A DNA stretch of 63,258 nucleotides, the filler included, from Perkinsus chesapeaki ATCC PRA-425 (taxonomy: Eukaryota; Protista; Perkinsozoa): assembly GCA_013115145.1 (NCBI GenBank). It is 4 parts of 4 records of this genome, joined end to end, with 100 filler letters (N's around TTAATTAATTAA, not from the genome) between each part and the next. Parts side by side here need not be neighbours in the genome. Positions count along the whole stretch, not along the records: positions 32,359 to 63,258 come from JAAPAO010000431.1; 3 more parts are not named here. The stretch is one strand, 5' to 3'. Each line of letters begins with the position of its first letter. The first letter of the stretch is position 1. Below the pieces are notes generated by a model. It was not told the origin of the DNA, did not search any database, and was given only the letters and a program-made list of their open reading frames with translations. This document shows, in pieces, positions 49,263 through 61,821 of the stretch. A program made the translations under genes and the position numbers.

Positions 49263-49934
49263 GTGAATGGCGACGGTCGTCTAGGAGCTGAAGCGGAAGA
49301 AATCAAGGGTCTCATAACACTCCCTACAGCCTTGGTGAGCTGTAAATTCCTCTTAGCGGGAATAAAGGCCCTCGGGTTCGATCAGATTAAATTAGTCATC
49401 GAGGAGCCAACGATCCTGTCACCTGCGAAAATAGGGACAGTTGCCGTGGAGTATCATCACCAGGCGTCGGCTTTAGTGGAGAACCTTAGACGGCTCACGG
49501 CGAACTTGACTGCAAGCGGCTTAGGGGTTAACCAGTTTTTCTTCGAGATAGTGAACGCGAAAACTGCAGAGAATGCTGCCGAAATGCTTGTAAAACGGTA
49601 TCAGCTCCGCGATAGCGGAAATCTACGTAAAGCTTTCTTGCTCGTTGAAAGCTTGAGTCTGATTCGCCAGATGATGACACTTCTTTATGAGGTGTTAAGA
49701 AGTTTGAGTGTTTATGATAAAGATTTTATGGTTAATAGCGCCGCTTTATCAAGCTATGGTTTTCAGATGAGTGCACTCATATGCATTGCTCTAGAGGACT
49801 TACCTAAAATGATATGCCGGTCTTGCAATACCGTCCGAGCTAACTGTAGCCGAATGGTGGTGAGCTCATTGGAGAGAGTATTGAAGTCGCATGCCGCAGT
49901 TATAGAGAGTCTATGGTATGCTAAACTCTATTAG
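49263..49934 (+). CDS. Hypothetical protein (helical), 223-aa ORF
   Basis: Long uninterrupted ORF with protein-like composition; may be the last exon of a larger gene. Confidence 0.45.
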   Translation: MNGDGRLGAEAEEIKGLITLPTALVSCKFLLAGIKALGFDQIKLVIEEPTILSPAKIGTVAVEYHHQASALVENLRRLTANLTASGLGVNQFFFEIVNAKTAENAAEMLVKRYQLRDSGNLRKAFLLVESLSLIRQMMTLLYEVLRSLSVYDKDFMVNSAALSSYGFQMSALICIALEDLPKMICRSCNTVRANCSRMVVSSLERVLKSHAAVIESLWYAKLY

Positions 49935-50559
49935 CTAGATTTCTGGTCTCATCAACAGCTGCATAGGGAACGTGTTTGAATCTAACGCACGAAGGATCCT
50001 AATTTCTTTGCCGTCATTTGTTTGGAGTGTGTCATCTGTTAGGCTGACGGATGGACTACTACCGAGTCTTGATATACATCTCCCTAGACTGCGTGAGATA
50101 AAGCTATATAGGATTGCTCTGCCGCGCATCCCCACGGACGACGTTGGATACAGCACGGTGCCCTTAGCGATGCTCCGATTAGGCTGGTCCGTGAAGTCAC
50201 TCGCTGGTAATTGTGGAGGAAGCGTCTGATCAGTTTTCTTACTCAGTCCACGAGTCCCGTGAGCTCGTCATGCTGGGAAGCACATCCGATCTGCAGAGCC
50301 CGAAGTCATTAGTGAGGTGATTATAGCCACCACTTGAGTCACGTCGGGCTCCCTTCGCATCATACACTCACACTTGAAGATCCACGAGGATTATTACTCG
50401 CGCAGGTTTCTTAGCGAGCATCCGCTTTGGGTGGGTGTTCGAGATCTCGATCTTTCCTTCAATGCGCTGGAACCAAAGCAATTATTGAGTCTCACGGAAG
50501 ATATACTGAAGTAGGTGCTCATCATGGACCGAGATCCCATCTACAGGACTCACGGGTAC

Positions 50560-50690
50560 ACTCGGAGCTGCAATCATTCTGTTGTAGGATGAAGGACCTT
50601 GAGGCTATCTCTTTCGCTGGCAACCCGATTGGCCGAGACGCAGGTTATTTGCTGATCGGTCTCCTTACCTTACATAAGAGCTTAAGAAGG
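50560..50690 (+). CDS. LRR-like exon
   Basis: DLEAISFAGNPIGRDAGYLLIGLLTLHKSLRR followed by a GT donor. Confidence 0.35.
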
Positions 50691-53202
50691 TAGCTCTATG
50701 TGAGCTATATTCTGTTTCCGTTGTACATGCTGAGGAAAACGGGCACGGTTTATAGTGGTTGTTGTTTAACAACGGTCCAAGGTAGCAGCCCATTGAGAAA
50801 TTCTCAATGAGAATCCTGAGGTCCGAAAACAGGGGACAACCCATTTTGAGAAGAAATCGGAAGGGTCTGAGATGACCCTTCCGGCTGAACTGCAACGGCT
50901 GTAACTTTTTTCAAGCGCCATGGAATTGGTCGAAAGTTAGTGAGCCCCTGGACCCTGATGACTTGATCCTCTCTTCCAAATTTCGTGGCAAAGGAATTCG
51001 CATGCGGCGACGAGTAATCGTTTTTCATAAGTGCTCGCGGTATTTTCAAAAACCCTTTACAGTACTTTAGTTTATGGTACACTTTGTACCAAGAATGTTC
51101 CTGCGTAATTAGCTAATTTAGCCATATATTTTTAGGATAAACTTGAATGGATCGATCCTGTTATCGGCGACAAAGCAAGAATTGCGGCATGCACTGTGCA
51201 AAATGCAATGCCATGGACAAATTGAAAACGATGTTATCATAACCGGTTTATAGCCTTCTGAGTATTGTGTACAGTCACCAAGCAACCAAACCCAGGATAT
51301 TGCTCGAAATGGCGCGTTAGGCGGAGTAGAAACCTCTTCTCTCAAACGTTTCAAGGATGCCCTTGGCTGAACGCGCGCGTCTCGCATCTGTAGGCGACCA
51401 TTTCTTGAACAACTCTATTGGCCAATGGCTTATATGCTTGTTAGATGTCCGAAGTGTTTGTTAGGCCATGTCATGAATGGATCATCCATAATGAATGTAA
51501 TATTCCATTCAGGTCGGGGGAAGATTTGGTGATTTGAAGTGTGGTTCGCAGACAAATGCAGCGAGCCGAACCACACTTCCTTGGTACATGTCTAAGCCAA
51601 TTTTCGGCGTTGGACTATAAACTCACACACACATGTCGATCTTGGTCAGTAGCATCGTACAAAACCACCGGTTGTCAACCAGTCCCCATTGATCATCAAT
51701 GATGCAGCCCCATCCACAAATGATGCCCCCACAAAGCAGTACCCATCCATGATGGGTACTGCTTTGTCCCCGTTTAGTTCATCTGTTGGGCTTGACTTGG
51801 AGCCTCCAGGTTGGAGGAGAGTCTTCCGCTGCGGAAGTTCCGCACGAGAAAGTTCGTTCTTTCATTACGTATTATTCAAGGTCCTTTTCATCATGTTCAC
51901 CCTCCAACATGTTGCGCGCGACGGTGAGTATCCCTATGATACTCGCGCTGACCAGGACAGACGGCAACCGTGGATCCATGGGTTGCGTCCCTGGTCGTAG
52001 CCCGTAGCGGAAGGTAAGCTTGAGTCTGAGATAATCTATTCCTAGCCTTCCTAGCACGAACTTTCCTTATAGCATCTGTGTCACGGTTACGTGGCACTTC
52101 AGCTGACTTTCTCGATCTGGTAACGACCATTCCTTACTAGAAGAACACAAAGCTTGAGCCAGTTGATATACATCGACAAACCGTAGCGACAACCCTTTCC
52201 TCAATGACTCAAAAACCCTAAACTATAAGGGCTCGCAAACAGCAGCGAATGATCCTGCTCAGTAAAGTGCCAACTATGCACACAAGCCATAGCATAACAC
52301 AGCGGACTCTACTATCTATACCACCCAAAGCAGTATAGATCCCTACAAACATATCTAGAACCGTACAGCAATAAAGCTCTAGAACAGTTCGGCACAACGG
52401 GCAACCAACTTGGTTGGTTGAACCAACCACGCAACCATGCGCATACGTACGCACGCATGCGCAACCATATGTCACTGTCTCTTCAGTACTTCAAGCCATA
52501 ACAGTAGAACCACGGCGAATCAGATAACCGTTTAACCGCGATAATCTTACCAAAGGCTTAACCATACTAATAGTAACAGAGAATCCTTCAACGCGCAGTA
52601 CGAACGCGCGCAAAGTACCTATTTAACTTACGTGGGAAGTCTGGTTATGCATCTATTGGCCAACTGTTGCCATTCAAAGTTAAACCGTTCTATGTGCTTT
52701 GCTTGTTATTGATTATATTCTCCTGGTTGAGAACAGTTACTTGTGTTATAAAATGAAGAAGTCTGGATCTCCGGGCAGTGCGGGTAATCAATTGTCCCTA
52801 ACTGTTATTCTAGCCTGTTTTAAAGCTTAGTAGTTGTACCTATTCGGTACAGTTCAGAGTCACGTGACATGACTCATATCACGTGTTGTCTATCACTTTT
52901 TAATAAATTATGCATGGCCGCCTCCAGTTGCGCATTTCCATGCTCACGCATCATGTGTTTTTTCGATTGTACGTCTCGGCTTTCAACTAGCCCCGACCGC
53001 AGCCCTGGACTGTGACGCCGTTACCGCCAGTTAGTCAGTATCAGGTACCCTCGTTCGATATTGTGCTTGCGTACAACATTGGCGCTACCAAGATTTCTTG
53101 ATGTACGCATGTACAACATCCGGCCATTCCCTCGTAGGCTGAGAGTTCTGGTTAAGTTGAGAACCTTGTAGCAGTGGTACTGCTGCAGTGCTGAAGTTTA
53201 GT

Positions 53203-54290
53203 ATGATGCCTATCCTCGGTCTACTCGTCGCTGTGCCAGTGGTAGCGGGTTACACGTTCTACAAAGGACTCAATCTCCCATGGGTCGAATTGGAACATCC
53301 CAGATGTTTCAACCAAACAGAATGCCCCTACAAGGTTAACTATACTTGGGACTTCTATTTCACCAACCTCACTGGCCAGGGAGTGGTGAACTTCGCTCTC
53401 GGTGGATACACCATCATTAACAGCGAGATCGTGGTTGACTTAGCCCCCGAATATCCCCCGTGGGATCCGAAGGACTTCCAGAAGTTACGAACTATGGTAT
53501 CTGCGAAGAATGGGTCGATTCTGGTCGACCTCGGAGCCTACATGGATATTCAATTCAACGAGACTTTGTTCTTATCCAGTGTTTCTAGCTTCCTAGGCAC
53601 GTATAAAGTCGATGGCTTCATTGTTCGTTTATCACCCTACAATATGGATAACATTATGAACTTAACCAAAGTGGTGCACGCCATTTCGAATAGAAGCGTT
53701 GCTGCTTTGGGGTGAGAGCCCTCTGCGAGTCAGAGTCTCTGACTTCCTTCCCCGCTATTTCACATCAGCTTCCGTTCAGGTTCGAAACTTCTTATTGGCA
53801 AGAAGTCAAGAAAGCGAATTTGACAGAACACGCGAATATGAGTTTCGCTTCGTTATGGCCGAACGATAAGGGTGATACTGCGACCTTCAATACGGAAGAG
53901 TATGCCAAAAGTGTCATTAAGAACGCCACTTCGGCTGGCGTGGCTAACCGCTCTTTAGTTGTGGAGGTAAGCTGAACTCGTCGATAGCTTTCGTAAATCC
54001 TTCCGCAGATACCTCTTTTGGCCCGATCAAATTACGGCTCTGATGACGTTGGATACTCAAGCATGATATTCGACTTTAATGCAGATCCCCACGGCAATGG
54101 TACCGTGGTGGTCAATGCCACTACCGGTGACATGTATTATTTTATTTCTCAAAGTCAAGCAGTTAAACGAGGCCAACTAAGTGATGCTCTACATTTACAC
54201 GGTGTTATGCTCCAAGGAAACCAAGAGTTTCAAGAGGACCTTTACCCGTGGGATAATAGATCTGTTTGTTACGGCTTAGCCCATAGATGA
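53203..54290 (+). CDS. Secreted GH18 (chitinase-like) glycoprotein lacking the DxxDxDxE motif, 3 exons
   Basis: Signal peptide MMPILGLLVAVPVVAG; FALGGY, YKVDGFIV and VE/IPLLAR; many N-x-S/T sequons. Introns 53712-53779 and 53967-54010 splice in frame. Confidence 0.7.
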
Positions 54291-55080
54291 TAAATTATTC
54301 AGCAAAGAGTGAGAAGTGGCAATTTGATGTCATCTCACTATGAATGTTTACCGGTATTCATTAGATCAGTTTTTTCGACCTCAAGGTCGAAAAACCGGCC
54401 CAGCTGTTATATACGCTTGGTATTGTTGTGTTTATGTTGTGTTGTCAATATATTCGATAAAGTTAGACCACTGAGCTGGCTCACCTATTGGTAGAGAACA
54501 ACAGGTCGGCGGCGGCAGCGGCCTCTTATCCGTTCCATAGGTGGGACGTCACGAGGCTTGCGGTGCGGCCACCGCCTGGGATCGGCAACCTCAAGGCTGA
54601 CGAGTCACTATATGCCTGCCGCTCCACACTGCGGACCCGCCAGTTGCGTCGCCGACGGACCCCTTCGCTCTCAATCCCCGCAGACAGATGTTTGTGTTTG
54701 CGTGCAACTGAATATTCTATCCGATTTAATAAATCCGTGTCATGCAACCTGAACAGATATTTTGGTTCCGTTTAACCCTTGCGCAGTCGGAACTCAGTAA
54801 AAGATCTAAAGCCATGAAAGTAAGAGTTGCATTTGCCTGCTCTTCCCATGTGAAAATTCAACATCAAACCGTTGTTAGTGCCGCACCACTTCTGCTGGTT
54901 TGGGGGAGCAATGCTCCACGGGAGCCAGTTGTGCTCGTACTTTGTTCCCTTTTTCATCTCGATCGCCTGAAGGTACAACTATACATATTCTACGAAAGAG
55001 GATTTGCATTTATACGCGTAAGTTATGCTATGTTTCTGTTTGTGTTGAGCATCGGGCGCGCCCATTCCAATCACTCTTCT

Positions 55081-55318
55081 TGCAGACGCTCCATACTTCT
55101 GCCGCAGAAGTATGGAGCGTCTGCATGGTACCGTGGTGGTCAATGCCACCACCGATGACATGTGTTATTTCATTTCTCAAAGTCAAGCAGTTGAAAGATG
55201 CCAGTTGAGTGATGCACTACATTTACACGGAATCGCGCTGGAAGCTAACTACGACTTTCAAACTGACCTCCACCCGTGGGATGACGAATCTATTTGTTAT
55301 GGTTTAGCCCACGGATGA
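55081..55318 (+). pseudogene. Partial duplicate of the last exon of the 53203-54290 gene, with a 45-bp palindrome at its 5' junction
   Basis: 55125-55318 is colinear with 54097-54290 (GTVVVNATT.DM.YFISQSQAV..DL.PWD..CYGLAH). Confidence 0.85.
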
Positions 55319-56030
55319 GTATACAGATTGTACCTCGCAATAGATGTTATGAGTGGATTGTCCATCATGTCAGTGCGCCTTTCGATCGCCGAAAATGCTT
55401 TCGCAGTGGATACTCTCCACTGCCAGTGGACCACTGGAGACTCTCCAGTGCCTCCGAGGTGCCGGTATTCAAAGTTTAAATACACGCGAAAAATGTTGTG
55501 TCGGTGCTGTATGGAGTGAGATCACCCAGTTCACTCGTACAGTACGAGTTCTCCTCTGTTCATTATCAAAGTAACTTTGATAATGAACAGAGGAGGCGGC
55601 CTCCTCTGACAGAGACATCTGAGACATCATGTCTCGCCTGGCGAAACCGTTGCACTAAAGGTTTACCGCCATCCGACACGGAGAAACTTGCAAGGTTGGT
55701 TGCAGTTTGAATTACTATTTCCGGTTACCGATATTCATTGAATATCTGTGAGCTGATTATAATTCAACACTTTCGCGTAAAAAGCTGATTTTCAACTGCT
55801 TTTTGGGAACCACAAACCACTGACACAACGGGATGTTAACGATTGGTTACCAATCATTGCCAATTATTGGTAACCAATCATTCATTGGTACCCATACAAC
55901 TTGTATGATACAAGCACGTCCACTTGATGTTTCCATAAATCACGTTTACACTGAACTCGATCACCCGAAACACGTACACAATGATTGTGTACGTCACCAC
56001 AGTAACTGTGAATAGGAGCGATAGGAATAG

Positions 56031-56091
56031 GATTATCTGAATAGGAGCGAACGAACTGTGGCACAGTTCGTTCGCTCCTATTCAGATAATC
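56031..56091. repeat. Perfect 61-bp palindrome (30-bp arms, 1-nt centre)
   Basis: gattatctgaataggagcgaacgaactgtg-G-cacagttcgttcgctcctattcagataatc. Confidence 0.97.
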
Positions 56092-57988
56092 GACAGTTCA
56101 ACTACCAAAAGACCGACGGTCTTGAAGCCTTCACTAATATCTCGTATCCATAACTCAGTACACTCGCGTTCTGTACACAATTTGTGTACCAACTTTGTGT
56201 AACATAAAAAGTTCGTACACTTTCATTCCGTTCACCCAAATTCCGTACACCAAAATCTCAATTCACACTTTTTTCACACATGCTTATCTCGTACACTTTC
56301 ATTTCGTACACTCGAAAAGTTTAAAAAGGACTACCTTCTGTACTTATAAAATTTTTAAAACCTGCGAGTTACCTGCGAGTCACTCGCAGCGAGTGTCACA
56401 TGACTCGTGCGGCACGAGTCGTGACCAAATTCTGGTATTCCGGGATTCCATTCCTTATCTAACAAACGCCCGAATTCAGGCTTGCAGTCGGATGCGGTCC
56501 TTTACCAGCCGTTCTCTACGGCATCCTCTCAGCGAAAACAACCGGCTCAACTAACCCACAGATGAATCTCTTCTGCACCGTGCCTTCGGCGGCATCGAAG
56601 TCGGCTTCTACGAATACACCTTTCGCTAGTTTTGCTTTTCACTTTTTACTTCAAGTTCGCTATTCGTGGGCGTGATAGTGTTCTCTAGCACTCACGCTCG
56701 GCTTGTATCCAGTACGATAAATCTGACACCTTGCCATATTTTCGCCGTCCGTACAGAAATCCCATCTCGAGGAGAGAAGTACGCTTGAAAACCTTGCATG
56801 AAATGGCCACTGGCGTAGCAGCGAGGTGCGAGATCGAAGTGAGACGAATTAGCTCAGATACTCTAACCACCACTCTGCCCCCTAGTAATAGACTGAGGTA
56901 AGGAAGAAATTGCGTTCGTGATTACCGACACTGTTCATGTCTCAGCAGTCTGTCTTTAGGAAATGTTGATTTAGTTTCTGTGGTTGTTGCTGCAGCAGCA
57001 GCAGTGCTTCATTACTGATGAAACATCAGTTTCATCATCGAGAATGTTGACAGTTTAAAATATCGACTCACGGCCCTCAATTTAAACTATCAGAGACTGC
57101 GGCTCGCAATCACAACAATTAGTTTCGCATCCAGGCCAGTTCTTCGGGCTAGATGCGGACGAGTTGCGTTCCATAGGGAGGTAATCTTGCTGTGGTTTCG
57201 CCGTCAGAGGGTTCCCGGGCAAGCCAACAGCAACCAAAGGAAGAGGGCGAAGAGATGGACATCTATAAACCGCTCCTTTTCTGAGAATATGCAAATGCCT
57301 CGCGAGTCGCGACTTGTTTCCGTGAGCCGATCCCCCGCATGACTGGTCACTTACAATGTGATCCGCGGAGGTTCAAGTATGGTGACGGATATATCGTATT
57401 CCGGGCTTCAGTGGAAAATGCTTTCCTGGCCCAACTAGTCCCACCGTGGGACTCCCACGGACAACTATTCTTCGTTACTTAGCTTAGCCCGGCAGAAACG
57501 CTGACAATATTAGTTCATCAGAGCATCTGATGGACAGAACAACAGTGTTCAGATGACAATGTGCGAGCCGCTTCACATCATAGTCTATGCCAAGTTGCTC
57601 TACATCGGTAGAGCTAATGCCATTAGGAACTCTCAGCCCGTTCCACTAGTATACAATGGGATATGCGCATATGGGGAGTTTCAAGGCATAAATAGCCTCA
57701 ATCGGCGATCTACTATCGTGCCCGATACAGAGCTACTGTATGGCAAGCTTATATGCTGATGATGCTTTTGCTCTGCTTTCCTTTTCCCATTAAGATCTAA
57801 CCAGACTCAGTGTACAAGGGAAGGACAAATGGAGGCTGAAATGACATCTGACTAGGTCAAATAATCAGGGTTCGGGCTCCACTCTGGGATAATTGTGAGT
57901 ATTAACATTACAGGAAGTTGATATATGAACCTGAATGGGAGAGATATCGACCGTCACAGTGTTTGCAATGATAATAATGCCTACCTTG

Positions 57989-59230
57989 CTAACCAGCTCT
58001 TTTTATGATGAGGTCTCAGCTCTTCATCAATCATCTCCTCGGGAGTAGGCGAAGATCCGTACAACTTCTGGTATATCTGAAATTTAACTGAAATCAACAC
58101 ACGAGCAAAGAGGGAGAGATCGAGAATGATTATATCGTACGGAGATATTTGGGATTCACAGTAGGAGCTAGAGCAGGGAGAACAACAGCAGCAGCGGCCC
58201 TTACCCGTTCCCGTTCCTCGGTGGTGTTGTCCATATCTGAGCCGTCTGAAGGTTTCCCTTGGCTTTTCATCTCCTCATTAACTGCCGCAGACCGTTTTTC
58301 TTTTTCTTGCTCCACTAATTCATCACGCTTAGCGCGCCTTTGCTGTAAACGGTCGAGCTTATTCAGCTGAAAAAGGAAAACAATTTCCAAGTCACCGGAA
58401 AAATTTCGAATCAAGGGAGATTTCAGAACTATGAGTCATGGCCGGCCACACCGATGAAGTAGAGTACGGATGCCGCCTATCTAACTGTGCCTAAAGAGGA
58501 TGCCTTAGACACCGTGCCTATGAGAATGACAGAGAACGTATTCCGGTATGAGCTCACCTGCACATCAAGTGATGGCCTTGCACCGATTCCAGCGCCAGGA
58601 GCTCCTCTAGACTGCCAAAACTTCTTAACAAACTCATCCAGTCGCATGAGATAAAGAACACTCACAGCCAATACAAGGTAATAGCCATTGATAGCTGAGA
58701 AATGCAACGATATAGCCCACAAGCCTACGAAGGATGATGATGACAGCTACTATTATTACAGATATCCAAAACAAAAGCGAGGAAGAAAACCCGCAGAACC
58801 ATAGACAGTCTGCGCCGCATTTCAGCTCCTGCCTCTGAAGGAAGACTGCTAGTTAGACCGGTACCGAGAATCCGCTTACCTATTGCTTGCTGCGCTGCCT
58901 CGGCCTGCTGACGCTGCCGAGCTCCATCTGAGATTAGCACACCAATACCGAAACCTGAACGTCATTAGAGACTGCATGAGCTACCTGCTTCATTTGGACG
59001 ACGACCTCCTTCAGCCTCGGAAGTAGAACCGCCTGAAAGCACAAAAGCTTCCCACAACTCTTCGCTGGTCTGGCAGCCAGTAGTGTTCACTTGAGCACCC
59101 CACAGTGTGCTTAAAGCAGCAGGTAGTTTTGAGATACGCAATGATACAGTAGTTGGCATCCTCGCACTCATCAATACTAGTACCAAGCAGAAAACCCAAG
59201 TTCTACACGGAAGCGATTCCTTCTCCAAAA
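57989..59230 (-). CDS. Hypothetical multi-exon membrane protein
   Basis: Exons with a TM segment (YYLVLAVSVLYLM), a charged coiled coil (LDRLQQRRAKRDELVEQEKEKR) and terminal ..HHKRAG*; 5' end unresolved. Confidence 0.45.
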
Positions 59231-60097
59231 TACGGCACGCGTCATCTGGCGACCGGGATTCAGTACGGCTAACTTGACCATCAGATTTTAGGCCCCATTT
59301 TCCCTTCTAATATATTCCTGATGCAGCCTCTACCTTCAGCATGACGGATTTGCACAAGTATAGAGGATGTGACCGATTCCTGATTGTCGCCCATCGCAGC
59401 GTTGAGGAAGGCTAGGCCCTGGACGGACAGTATATGGTAACTTGGAAAAGGTTATAAGCTTACCTGGGCGTTATGAAGAGCTTCAACAGTCTTCAGTTGA
59501 CTGAGGATTAAACGCCATAGCTGCCCCTAAAACAGCCCTGTCGAATGAATGCAGAATTTGCCGTGCTAAACCATGCGTTGATGGTCAACTGTGATCTTAC
59601 ATATAGCATGACCGATACGATTATTTTTTGATAGACACAAGAAACGACATTGGTAATGCTATTAGGAAATTGCCGAAACTAAATGAAGTACCCTCTTTAT
59701 TACCTGAGACTCGCACAACATCATCATCTGTTTACAATATCTCACATTATCATCACTCAGATTCATGCTGCCCTCCTTAGCCCGATAGGCTGCTGGTGAC
59801 GATGGCATAAAAAATGGTGAAGGGTAACTTGGACCGTTATGTGACATCCAAAAACTACTCCAACAGGTTGATGCATGATTGCTATGTATGATAGGACGAT
59901 CCATTCACCATTTCCCTTATCTTCACTCATTATTATCCACACCTTCTCCCTTCGATCACTGTATTAACGCTATAGACCACAACCACAACTGGAAACGGTT
60001 GATAAAGGTGACAGTGAAGTAGAACAACAACAATCGAATCGAAGAATCTTTGTATACTGTCTTGTATCATCATCATCATCATCATCAAGTGGTGGCC

Positions 60098-61730
60098 TCA
60101 GTTGCCGTTGGTAGCAGGTAAGCTTCTCGTCAACTTCTGTTCCGCCGTCCAAGATTCGTGTGGAGCAACCTTGATGGGATCAACTGCTGCTGCCGACTCA
60201 ACACACACGTATCTGAGTAAAGATGATACACGGTAAAGAGGCAAACTAGTAACTAGTACTGTGACTAGTGCAGCACTAGTATACTAGTACAGCACACTGC
60301 TACCATACTACCTGACAGCACTGCTGTCAATAATCACTACTCTATAAGCGAGGTGAGGACAAATGGCATGCAAGCCATTGATGCGACTCGAGACCCCGAC
60401 CGAGTTATTGCAAAGCAGAAAACAGCCTGTGATAACGGACCCTACTTTTTATAGTCCCCAGCAGGCATGTCACCCAGGGAATCGCTGCCGATATTCCAAA
60501 CCACAGTATCGGGGAACGAGGCGCTCTTCTCGATAGTGAACCTGTTCGAAGAATAATACGCAGGTCGGTTCCATGAAAATCCCTCCTACACTAGGGTGCC
60601 GTTGGATAGGATATGAGCTGGTCCAGCAGCCTGTTTGTATACCCTGTCTACCATGCCACCAGTGAATGCTATAGCAGTATTAGGATCATAACCTGAACGC
60701 ATGTGATGGACAGTAAGGACGATTCACTAGGGAAAACAGTGCACCTGGTCCCGCCGAGGCGACTTCGCTACCAACTACATGCTATCCAAAGTTTTCCCAA
60801 AAAAGCAAATGAAAAGCTTGGATTCCGAACCTTCATGGGAATTTGGGTTAGTTTAAGACATTATAAGGATATAGCAAGCCGTGCAAATGGCGCCAGTGCA
60901 CGACACTGAGTATCCATTTTACGACCTACAGTCTCTGCCGCCCTGAGCCGTGTCATTGTAATGATGCTCGCCAACTCCCTCTACCGAGGTCTTGGATATA
61001 TCATCAATAGAGAAGTAACTAAAGACAATATAGACCCCTTCAATCAGCTATCATTACGTATGAAGTGCAGTAGTGAAGTGCATATCCTCATCACCAGTGT
61101 TTTTAACATTCATTTCCATTTTCAAATAGTCTCCTCCAAGAGTAACAGTATACCTCAGCTCAAAGTCAAATGGACAATCCATCGTCTTCTTAGTGAACTC
61201 GCTCGGCACAAGTTTCAAAGTCACCTGTACGAAATAGCATAACACCCCCAAACCCGACCGCAGCGGTAATACACAGGGATCCTCTTCAGTGCTGTAGCTG
61301 TCGAGCTCCCACTCAGTATTCCTAGCAAAGCCATGCTTGTGGAAGGGACCATTGCCGGCAAATTGAGGCCAGCAAACCTAACAAGAGCCACTGCTGCTGC
61401 ATGAAAGCATCACCGCTACTACCGGAACACCACCTCTGAGAGCCTTGCCGTTACCGTACTCGGCCGTGGGTGACATGTACAGATTCGAGTTGCCTGTATG
61501 AAGATTATCAACTAGTGAATTGCCTTAGAGTAGCACCTTCTTTATCGGTCCATTTGGCTACATGAGCACCGTAGATATATATCTCACAAGATGCTTTAGG
61601 ATACTTTGGATGTCGCAAGGTGACCATAGGGAGATCTGATTACGGCAACCATCCCCACCAACTGGGCCCTATGTGGCTTACCTCCTTTGCCTTTGGAAAC
61701 GATGAAGTTGCCCGGTAATGATGATGCCAT
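60098..61730 (-). CDS. Glucose-6-phosphate 1-epimerase (aldose 1-epimerase family), multi-exon
   Basis: KALRGGVP / VCWPQF..KHGFARN..W / FTTALHTY / FPDTVVWN..DM..DYKK / YVCVES motifs occur in order. Confidence 0.9.
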
Positions 61731-61821
61731 AATGCTAGTATCGAACAAGCCTATCGTGTGGTGTGGACTATAACGCAATAAAACAAACAGATAGCAAATA
61801 TAATATTATGATAATACGGTA

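Noticed and set aside
50750-51560. Possible Tc1/IS630-like transposase remnant (KGILETFERRG)
   Set aside because: A single weak motif with many stops; no DDE residues could be placed.
52150-52190. Spliced-leader-like pieces: CTGGCTCAAG on the minus strand just upstream of a pyrimidine-AG and ATG, and ACCGTAGC on the plus strand
   Set aside because: Only 8-10 nt match the Perkinsus/dinoflagellate SL, the two halves are on opposite strands, and there is no SL-RNA context; compatible with chance.
60066-60087. (ATC)n microsatellite, and short (CAG)n runs near 14065 and 56990
   Set aside because: Ordinary short microsatellites.
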